Origin: Nostoc sp.
Lineage (GTDB): Bacteria; Cyanobacteriota; Cyanobacteriia; Cyanobacteriales; Nostocaceae
NCBI RefSeq assembly: GCF_036917555.1
Contig: NZ_JBALDD010000092.1
Coordinates: 22,762-54,761, forward strand
Length of the DNA stretch: 32,000 nt
Reading direction: 5' to 3'
Shown here: piece after piece, positions 25,121 through 32,000 of the stretch
Position numbering within the stretch: position 1 is the stretch's first letter
Layout: each line of letters opens with the position of its first letter
The notes under the pieces: model-generated
Seen by the model: only the letters and a program-made list of their open reading frames with translations
What the model was told of the DNA's origin: nothing
The model's database searches: none
Translations under genes and position numbers: made by a program

Positions 25121-25690
25121 ATGATAGCCTCGCCCCAACAAAACTACGTCACCGTTGAAGAATACCTCCAAATAGAGGAACAGAGCAATATCAAGCATGA
25201 ATATATAGACGGCTACATCTACGCAATGCCTGGAGCGCTCGATCTACACGTTACCATTGCTCTTAATCTGGCATCTCTCCTCCGTAATCATCTGCGCGGC
25301 TCTGGAAGGCGTGTTTACATCACTGACATGAAAGCCAGAATTGAATCTCTGAATCGCTTTTATTATCCCGATGTGATGGTTACTTGCGATCGACGAGATC
25401 AAGAAACGCCAGGTTATAAAAGATTTCCCTGTTTAATTGTCGAAGTTTTATCTAATTCTACTGAAGCCTTTGACCGGGGCGACAAATTCGCCGATTATCA
25501 AACCCTGGAAAGTCTGCAAGAATATGTTTTAATTAATACAAAACGTCAGCGAGTTGAGTGTTTTCGACGCAATGAGCAAGGGTTGTGGGTTTTACAATCC
25601 TACACAGCAGAACATCAATCATTTCGACTCAACAGCGTGGATTTTGAGGAAACAATGGCAGCACTCTACGAAGATGTAGTTTTTGAATAA
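25121..25690 (+). CDS. Uma2 family (DUF820) PD-(D/E)XK endonuclease
   Basis: Start moved to the ATG at 25121 (MIASPQQNYVTVEEYLQIEE...). Family pattern EYIDGYIYAMPGA, then PDVMV, then LIVEVLSNST..FDRGDKFADYQ, then EYVLIN. Confidence 0.83.
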   Translation: MIASPQQNYVTVEEYLQIEEQSNIKHEYIDGYIYAMPGALDLHVTIALNLASLLRNHLRGSGRRVYITDMKARIESLNRFYYPDVMVTCDRRDQETPGYKRFPCLIVEVLSNSTEAFDRGDKFADYQTLESLQEYVLINTKRQRVECFRRNEQGLWVLQSYTAEHQSFRLNSVDFEETMAALYEDVVFE

Positions 25691-25811
25691 TCAATTATTA
25701 TAGGGTATTCGACGCAATATTTAGTAAACTATATAACTGATAAGCCTTGAAAGCTTCCTTACCAGGTGGAAGCGTTGATAAAAGCAGGCACAATTGATTA
25801 AATAAAAAGTT

Positions 25812-27683
25812 ATGGCGCTCATAGTTCAGAAATACGGTGGTACATCTGTCGGTTCAGTGGAACGTATTCAAGCTGTTGCACAGCGTGTTTATAAAACTGT
25901 TAAAGCTGGAAACTCTATTGTCGTAGTGGTTTCGGCAATGGGCAAAACCACCGATGGACTCGTCAAACTAGCTACTGAAATTTCTCCAAATCCTAATCGC
26001 CGGGAAATGGATATGCTGCTTTCTACTGGCGAACAAGTAACCATTGCCTTACTCAGTATGGCTTTGCAGGAACTCGGACAACCTGCAATTTCCATGACTG
26101 GCGCTCAGGTAGGAATTGTTACTGAGGCTGAACACAGCCGCGCTCGGATTTTGCATATTGAAACTACTCGCCTAACTCGCCACATAAATGCAGGTAAAGT
26201 AGTTGTAGTAGCTGGCTTCCAAGGTATATCCAGCGTCGGAGAGATGGAAATTACGACTTTGGGTCGTGGTGGTTCCGACACCTCAGCAGTGGCGATCGCA
26301 GCCGCATTAAAAGCGAATTTTTGCGAAATTTATACAGACGTTCCAGGGATTCTCACTACAGACCCCCGCTTAGTTGCCGAAGCCCAGTTGATGGATGCCA
26401 TCAGCTGCGATGAAATGTTGGAATTAGCTAGCTTGGGCGCAAAAGTGCTGCATCCCCGTGCTGTGGAAATTGCCCGTAACTATGGTGTTCCCCTTGTAGT
26501 TAGGTCTAGCTGGACAGATCAACCAGGTACTTGGGTGACATCAGCCAAACCCCAAGGGCGATCGCTAATCAATCTAGAAATTGCCCGTCCAGTAGATGCT
26601 GTAGAATTTGACACTGACCAAGCAAAGGTCGCTTTGTTGCGTGTACCCGACAAACCAGGCATTGCAGCCAGATTATTTGGCGAAATTTCTCGGCAAAGAG
26701 TAGACGTAGATTTGATTATTCAGTCAGTTCATGAAGGTAACAGTAATGACATTGCCTTTACAGTGACAAGACCAGTATTAAGACGGGCAGAAGCAGTAGC
26801 AACAGCGATCGCCCCAGCACTGAGGAGTCAATCTAACCCCAAGTTGGAAGAAGCCGAAGTAATGGTAGAACATAACATTGCCAAAGTCAGCATTGCAGGT
26901 GCAGGAATGATTGGCCGTCCTGGTGTAGCTGCAAAGATGTTCGCTACCTTAGCTGAAGCAGGCGTGAATATTCAAATGATTTCCACCAGCGAAGTGAAAG
27001 TAAGTTGTGTAGTCGATGCAGCCGAATGCGATCGCGCCGTCACAGCACTCTGTACCGCCTTTGAGATCAAAGTAGGGGACAAGGGGACAAGGGGACAAGG
27101 GGGACAAGGAAGAATCATTGAAAAAACTTCTCCCTTGTCTCCCCACTCTCCCCTGTCTGCTTTGTCTTCTTCATCTTTTCCCGTTCGCGGCGTTGCTCTC
27201 GATTTGAATCAAGCGCGTCTTGCTATTCGCCAATTGCCAGATCGTCCAGGAATGGCGGCGAAGTTGTTTGGATTATTAGCGCAGCATAATATCAGTGTTG
27301 ATATGATTATCCAATCTCAGCGCTGCCGGGTGATTGATGGTGTTCCCAGACGAGATATTGCCTTTACAGTCTCGCGGATAGACGGGGAAAATGCCAGAGA
27401 AATGCTCACCCAAGTAGCAGCAGAATTAGGATGGGATGAAGTTGTTTTAGATAGTGCGATCGCTAAGGTGAGTATTGTCGGTGCAGGGATGCTGGGACAA
27501 CCAGGTGTTGCTGCTAAAATGTTTGAAGCTTTAGCCCAACAACAAATCAATATTCAAATGATTGCCACTTCAGAAATCAAAATTAGTTGTGTTGTGGCGC
27601 AAGAGCAAGGTGTTAAAGCTTTGCAAGCCATTCATGCAGCCTTTGAACTAGCTGGTAGCGAGAAGTTTTTTGTGCCAGTATAA
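25812..27683 (+). CDS. lysC: aspartate kinase, long cyanobacterial form with two tandem ACT-domain pairs
   Basis: N-terminal KYGGTSVG, catalytic core GRGGSDT, and duplicated regulatory segments (VSIAGAGMIGRPGVAAKMF... and VSIVGAGMLGQPGVAAKMF...). Confidence 0.95.
   Translation: MALIVQKYGGTSVGSVERIQAVAQRVYKTVKAGNSIVVVVSAMGKTTDGLVKLATEISPNPNRREMDMLLSTGEQVTIALLSMALQELGQPAISMTGAQVGIVTEAEHSRARILHIETTRLTRHINAGKVVVVAGFQGISSVGEMEITTLGRGGSDTSAVAIAAALKANFCEIYTDVPGILTTDPRLVAEAQLMDAISCDEMLELASLGAKVLHPRAVEIARNYGVPLVVRSSWTDQPGTWVTSAKPQGRSLINLEIARPVDAVEFDTDQAKVALLRVPDKPGIAARLFGEISRQRVDVDLIIQSVHEGNSNDIAFTVTRPVLRRAEAVATAIAPALRSQSNPKLEEAEVMVEHNIAKVSIAGAGMIGRPGVAAKMFATLAEAGVNIQMISTSEVKVSCVVDAAECDRAVTALCTAFEIKVGDKGTRGQGGQGRIIEKTSPLSPHSPLSALSSSSFPVRGVALDLNQARLAIRQLPDRPGMAAKLFGLLAQHNISVDMIIQSQRCRVIDGVPRRDIAFTVSRIDGENAREMLTQVAAELGWDEVVLDSAIAKVSIVGAGMLGQPGVAAKMFEALAQQQINIQMIATSEIKISCVVAQEQGVKALQAIHAAFELAGSEKFFVPV
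27073..27170. repeat. hairpin-type repeat element inserted in frame in the lysC inter-ACT linker
   Basis: ggggacaa octamers x3-4 (27075-27109). Spacer aagaatcattgaaaaaacttc. Inverted C/T-rich arm tcccttgtctccccactctcccctgtctgctttgtc. Aligns base for base with 9650-9710. Confidence 0.8.
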
Positions 27684-27713
27684 AATCTGAATCAAATAGC
27701 CCTCACCCTAAAT

Positions 27714-27737
27714 CCCTCTCCCAAGCTTGGAAGAGGG
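27714..27737 (+). terminator. imperfect palindrome ccctctcccaagcttggaagaggg downstream of lysC
   Basis: Stem of about 8 bp with one mismatch and a weak T tract. It also belongs to a common Nostoc intergenic repeat type (from memory). Confidence 0.4.
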
Positions 27738-27877
27738 ACTTTGAAATATACACACCGTAGCAACCTATGCATCGATCTCATTTGAAGTTGCTTAATAAAT
27801 AAATATTTATATTTTAAAATCAGTAGTAATAATACGTAAGCTATAATCGAACAATTTATCAGACTCTATTTATATTG

Positions 27878-29938
27878 ATGAATAGTCATTTACTAGATGG
27901 ACATTATCAAATACTAAAAGTTCTCAATGATGGGGAAAAAGAGAAAACCTATCTAGTTGAAGATGTTAATCTTAATGGTAAAGAATTTATAGTAAAGCAG
28001 TTATCTCTTCCTAATAGCAATCCTCAAGCTTTAACAATCCTACGCCGCTTATTTACGAATAAGGCAGCAACTTTAGAAAAACTCGGACAAGAACACGAAA
28101 AAATTCAAAAGCTCATTGCTTCTTTTGAAGAAAAGGAAGAATTTTATCTAGTTCAAGAATTTATACCCGGTAATCCTTTAACTGACGAAATCATTCAGGG
28201 ACAACTTCTCAAAGAAGACCAAGTAATTAATCTTTTGTCAGAGATATTAGAAACTTTGGTCGTTGTACATAGCTATGGTGTAATTCATCGGAATATTAAA
28301 CCAGCAAATATTATTCGCCGGGAATCAGATAAAAAGTTAGTTTTGGTTAATTTGGGTACTTTTAATGAAGCGATCAATAATACTGTTGAAAATTCTGAGT
28401 ATATGCCTATAGAGCAAATTAACGGCAACCTCAAATATAACAGTGATATATATGCTTTAGGTATAATTGCGATCGCAGCACTGAAAGGTTTACCTGTAAA
28501 TGAAATATCTAATTTACAAAGTCATAAAAATAAGCTGATAGGTGAAATAGTTTGGCGCGATAAAAATCTAAAAGTTAACAGAAAATTAGCAAAAATTATT
28601 AATAAAATGGTGCGTTTTGACTATCGTAAGCGCTACCAGTATGCAACCGAAGTTTTAGACGACCTGAAAAAGTTAATAAATGTTGATGACGATCGACAAA
28701 AACAACATCAGAAAAAATTATTACTAGTTCTAGCGGGGATAGCTGGCTGTATTACCCTTAGTGTTGCAGCGTGGCAATTGAGATCGCCAAAACTTGTAAG
28801 TGATGCCCAACAGACATTATACCAAGAGGGAGTAAATAAATATGAATCAGGAAATTATGAAGGAGCAGTTGAAGATTTCAATCAGGCTATTAAATTAGAT
28901 CCGCGAAACGCTTTAGCTTATAATCGGCGAGGCGATGCTTATTATCGATTAGGAGATTACGAGCAAGCGCAAACAGATTCTAGCCAAGCTATTTTACTGA
29001 ATCCTGAAGATGCTAATGCCTATTTTGACCGAGGATTTGCTTTTTCGGAATTAGGCAAATACAAAGAAGCGATCGCAGATTATACTCAAGCAATTAAGTT
29101 AAATTCTAAAGATGCATACCCTTACTATGGACGAGGATTAGCTCGTGCTCAATCGAAGGATAATAAAGGTGCAATTGGAGATTTTAGCAAAGCGATCGCT
29201 CTCAAACCTCAGTATACTGAAGCTTACTTGCAACGAGGTATTCTCCACCGCCGCCTCAAACAAAGACTCGAAGCAATCCAAGATTTTGATAAAGTAATTA
29301 AGATTAATCCTAGCGATGCTAAAGCTTTTTATCAAAGGGGTTTAACTCAATCTATTAATAAACAAAAAGATGAAGCAATTAAAAATTACACAGATGCAAT
29401 CAACATCAATCCCAAATACATAGAAGCTTATCTGAATCGTGGCGATATTTACAGCGATCTGGGAAATCAAGTAGAAGCTACTGAAGATTACAACACTATT
29501 TTACAGATAGATCCTAAATTTATTGCCGCTTATATTCACAGAGGTATTCACCGCTTTTCTTTTGGAGATTATAAAGGCGCTATTGAAGATTACACCGCAG
29601 CGCTAAAACTAGATACTAATAATGTAGCAGCTTACAACAACCGTGGTAACGCTTATCTTGAACTGGGAAATAAAAAAGCTGCAAACCAGGATTATTCACA
29701 AGCGATCGCAATTAATGCTAACAACGCCTTAGCTTATTATAACCGGGGTGTGATTCGTACCAAGCAGAAAAATAAACTGGGTGCGATCGCAGACTTCAAA
29801 AAAGCTGCAAGACTATTCCAACAGCAAGGCGAACAAGATAGTTATCAAGATGCACGGCGGGAAATTGCAATTCTGCAAAATAAGTCAGCGCCAGCGCCAA
29901 CTACTCGCCCGAAATCTGGGAAAATAGAAAAAAATTGA
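27878..29938 (+). CDS. Ser/Thr-kinase-like (predicted pseudokinase) / TM / TPR-repeat protein
   Basis: Hanks-type fold motifs VKQL, YLVQEFIPG and HRNIKPANIIRR, then a TM helix (LLLVLAGIAGCITLSVAAW) and about 9 TPR units. The catalytic motifs are degenerate (see findings). Confidence 0.85.
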   Translation: MNSHLLDGHYQILKVLNDGEKEKTYLVEDVNLNGKEFIVKQLSLPNSNPQALTILRRLFTNKAATLEKLGQEHEKIQKLIASFEEKEEFYLVQEFIPGNPLTDEIIQGQLLKEDQVINLLSEILETLVVVHSYGVIHRNIKPANIIRRESDKKLVLVNLGTFNEAINNTVENSEYMPIEQINGNLKYNSDIYALGIIAIAALKGLPVNEISNLQSHKNKLIGEIVWRDKNLKVNRKLAKIINKMVRFDYRKRYQYATEVLDDLKKLINVDDDRQKQHQKKLLLVLAGIAGCITLSVAAWQLRSPKLVSDAQQTLYQEGVNKYESGNYEGAVEDFNQAIKLDPRNALAYNRRGDAYYRLGDYEQAQTDSSQAILLNPEDANAYFDRGFAFSELGKYKEAIADYTQAIKLNSKDAYPYYGRGLARAQSKDNKGAIGDFSKAIALKPQYTEAYLQRGILHRRLKQRLEAIQDFDKVIKINPSDAKAFYQRGLTQSINKQKDEAIKNYTDAININPKYIEAYLNRGDIYSDLGNQVEATEDYNTILQIDPKFIAAYIHRGIHRFSFGDYKGAIEDYTAALKLDTNNVAAYNNRGNAYLELGNKKAANQDYSQAIAINANNALAYYNRGVIRTKQKNKLGAIADFKKAARLFQQQGEQDSYQDARREIAILQNKSAPAPTTRPKSGKIEKN

Positions 29939-30062
29939 GCTACCACTCAATATAGTGTTGACTGTCAACAGTCAAAACTCTTAGAGAGCGATTGTGCTAT
30001 TTAAATGTGTTTTATTTTACAAATTTACGATTAGTACTTTATCAAACTAGCTTTGAGAGTTG

Positions 30063-30088
30063 GTAGTAAGCTCTTTAGAGCTTACTAC
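30063..30088 (+). terminator. 12-bp stem hairpin gtagtaagctct tt agagcttactac
   Basis: Perfect stem with a 2-nt loop (effectively a shorter stem with a larger loop), followed by tt. Lies between the kinase-like gene and corA. Confidence 0.45.
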
Positions 30089-30197
30089 TTAGCGTTATAA
30101 ATTATAGGCTTTGACATTTTATATGTCGTTGTAGTCAAATAAATTATTGCTCAATATGAGTCTCCGTGTTTTTTCACGACTCAATTAGGATTGTTAT

Positions 30198-31178
30198 ATG
30201 CTAATTCTCCTGACTTTTTATCCAGATAACCTGGAAATATTCACCCATAGAGATGTCGATACGGTACTGAAAAGAATTGATAGTTCTCACAATATTTGGT
30301 TGCGCTGTATTCACTTCCGCGATCGCACCGGAACAGCCAGGATTATCAAGCACTTTGGACTCAATCCATCTCGTGTTAACATGATTTTCAACCATTCCCC
30401 TGTAGGAATTGATGAAGACATAGAAGATTGTTTATTTGACAGCTATGAAATCCTAAGTTCTCAAATAAAAAATAATGAGTTTGAGGTTGTACGTGGCAAT
30501 ATTGTGGTTGGAAATAATTTTATCATAACTTTTGAAATCACCGAACTAAAAATCTTAAGTATTTTAGCTAATAATCTCCAAAAGCGAACTCTAGATATTC
30601 AGAAATTGGGAATTGACTATCTTTTTTATCTCATATTTAAAGATATTTTAAATAATTACGAAACTGTATTTACCTATATTTCTAGAAAACTTGATGATTT
30701 AGAAGATGAAGTTTTAGACAATTCTGGTGATGAATCAACTTACCAAAAAATTGCCACAATGAGGCAATCTACTCGTTCTGGACGCCGTAATTTTCAAAGC
30801 ATCAAGTTACTTATGGCGATTATGGATAATGAAGATTTCCAATGGATCGGCCAGCCAGTAAAAGAACTATTCAATCAAGAATTGGTTCATCACGTTGATA
30901 AACTCTGGCAAGAATATCAAGCTATAAGAGCCTGGATGTCAGAATTAATGGAAATTCAACGTGATAATATTGCTAGTAAAACAGGTGAACGAATTAATCG
31001 CCTGACTATCCTTTCAACCATATTTTTACCAATCACTTTTATGTCTGGCTTCTATGGTATGAATTTCAAATATATGCCGGAATTAGAACAACCTTGGGCT
31101 TATCCTGCGGTGATCGGCATGATGGTATTAATTGTGATTGGCAGTATTGTCTATGCTAAAAAACAACGTTGGTTGTAG
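30198..31178 (+). CDS. corA: CorA-family magnesium/cobalt transporter
   Basis: C-terminal two TM helices with the signature FYGMNFKYMPEL (GMN motif). Confidence 0.85.
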   Translation: MLILLTFYPDNLEIFTHRDVDTVLKRIDSSHNIWLRCIHFRDRTGTARIIKHFGLNPSRVNMIFNHSPVGIDEDIEDCLFDSYEILSSQIKNNEFEVVRGNIVVGNNFIITFEITELKILSILANNLQKRTLDIQKLGIDYLFYLIFKDILNNYETVFTYISRKLDDLEDEVLDNSGDESTYQKIATMRQSTRSGRRNFQSIKLLMAIMDNEDFQWIGQPVKELFNQELVHHVDKLWQEYQAIRAWMSELMEIQRDNIASKTGERINRLTILSTIFLPITFMSGFYGMNFKYMPELEQPWAYPAVIGMMVLIVIGSIVYAKKQRWL

Positions 31179-31197
31179 TATCTATAAAGTTACAAAC

Positions 31198-31322
31198 AGG
31201 AGTTGGGCAAAAGAGCGATTGGCTGTTTATAAAGTGCCAACTCAAATTCTGATAGTTGAAGATTACCACGCAACGCGATGGGGAAAGTGACCAAGTCAAC
31301 AGTGGTTGAGCTATTTTGTTGA
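31198..31322 (+). pseudogene. frameshifted remnant of the C-terminus of an AMP-dependent synthetase/ligase
   Basis: Frame 1 reads RSWAKERLAVYKVPTQILIVED to 31263. Shifted by one base it continues LPRNAMGKVTKSTVVELFC and stops at 31320-31322. Together these give the canonical AMP-binding C-terminal motif. Stops upstream leave only about 41 codons. Confidence 0.6.
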
Positions 31323-31456
31323 TAGCGATCGTTAACGCAAAACTGTAAGCATATTGCCAATGCTCAAATCCAGAAAAAGCTAGCCCAAATCAGTCTTGAT
31401 GCCGGATATGAGTTGCCGACCCTTTATACACCCTACGAACTAATGGGAGAGTAGAT

Positions 31457-31648
31457 ATGTGGAAAGATGAAATTTTTGAAGAGATTTATAAAATTCGAGA
31501 AGAACATGCAAAGGCTTTCAACTACGATTTACAAGCAATTTGTGATGATTTGCGACAAAAGCAAGCTGTAAGTAATCGGCAGATCATTTCACAGCCACTC
31601 AAGCAATGCAATCGTCTGCATAGTAAATCGCAATACGCAACTAGCTAA
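31457..31648 (+). CDS. small hypothetical protein (63 aa)
   Basis: ATG preceded by gggagag at a good distance. The N-terminal half (EEIYKIREEHAKAFNYDLQAICDDLRQKQ) resembles a small conserved cyanobacterial protein family that I cannot name. Confidence 0.5.
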   Translation: MWKDEIFEEIYKIREEHAKAFNYDLQAICDDLRQKQAVSNRQIISQPLKQCNRLHSKSQYATS

Positions 31649-31766
31649 AAGTTATCTGTTGGGTGTTGCGGTTTATCTGGAGTGATTGGGAATGTTATAC
31701 CGTACAAGATTTTTGGGAATACTATCTGGTAGCTAAACACAAATCTCAAGCTAGGGAGTGTGAACT

Positions 31767-32000
31767 ATGAAAAGCTACACAGATCAAGCTAAAGCCGAAC
31801 TCTTTTTCAACGAAGGTAATGTAAGCGCTAAAATGGGCATGTTTGAAAATGCTCTGTCTCTTTATGATCAAGCTATCACTCTTGATGACGCCAATCCAAT
31901 GTACTACAACAATCGTGCTGTCACGCTTAAGAGGCTCGGTAGGTTTCAAGAAGCGATCAACCAATATGAAGAAATTGTCCAGAAATTTCCCGACTATGGA
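31767..32000 (+). CDS. TPR-repeat protein; the N-terminal 78 codons, continuing off the window
   Basis: ATG at 31767 with AGGGAG 9 nt upstream. MKSYTDQAKAELFFNEGNVSAKMGMFENALSLYDQAITLDDANPMYYNNRAVTLKRLGRFQEAINQYEEIV. The minus-strand track ORF 31746..31964 is its antisense shadow. Confidence 0.75.
   Translation, partial: MKSYTDQAKAELFFNEGNVSAKMGMFENALSLYDQAITLDDANPMYYNNRAVTLKRLGRFQEAINQYEEIVQKFPDYG

Noticed and set aside
25691-25811. A possible lysine riboswitch or leader upstream of lysC.
   Set aside because: Only a short hairpin (gcttcc..ggaagc) is visible. Nothing resembles the multi-helix L-box, which is not expected in cyanobacteria anyway.
29957-29969. The palindrome GTTGAC-T-GTCAAC downstream of the kinase-like gene. 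It shares TGTCAACAG with the MprF divergent spacer.
   Set aside because: The shared 9-mer could be coincidence. The palindrome lies in a 3' region where it is more simply explained as part of a terminator-like structure.

Overview
This is a chromosomal segment of a filamentous (Nostocales-type) cyanobacterium. The HIP1 octamer GCGATCGC is frequent (8 copies inside smc alone). Heptamer and octamer tandem repeats arranged as long hairpins sit in intergenic spacers and also inside genes. All family names come from motif recognition by eye; no searches were run.

Backbone genes:
- PRC-barrel protein (partial)
- smc
- ccaA-like beta-carbonic anhydrase
- BON lipoprotein
- RNase D-like exonuclease
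- TPR lipoprotein
- DUF485 plus actP
- M50 protease
- aspartate kinase
- a TPR-fused kinase-like protein
- corA
- a TPR gene running off the 3' edge

Unusual content, best candidates first:
1. Conflict-system islet (19.9-25.7 kb). It holds an NB-ARC/TPR (NLR-like STAND) gene whose 125-codon N-terminal module is cut off by a single in-frame TGA in a TGA-C context. It also has ten 126-bp TPR units, some differing only at synonymous sites. A 21/42/63-bp phased tandem array with a palindromic core follows. Two adjacent DUF433/DUF5615 toxin-antitoxin-like pairs and a Uma2 nuclease complete the islet.
2. Naturally split MprF (14.8-19.7 kb). A synthase gene and a divergent flippase-like gene bracket two paralogous exported esterases.
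3. Orphan gene (13054-14445). It is AT-rich, has no HIP1 site, encodes 463 aa and shows no motif I can recognise.
4. Repeat-element insertions translated in frame inside smc and lysC.
5. A predicted pseudokinase (HRD to HRN, DFG to NLG).
6. A frameshifted remnant of an AMP-ligase C-terminus.

I found no rRNA, tRNA, CRISPR array or transposase.
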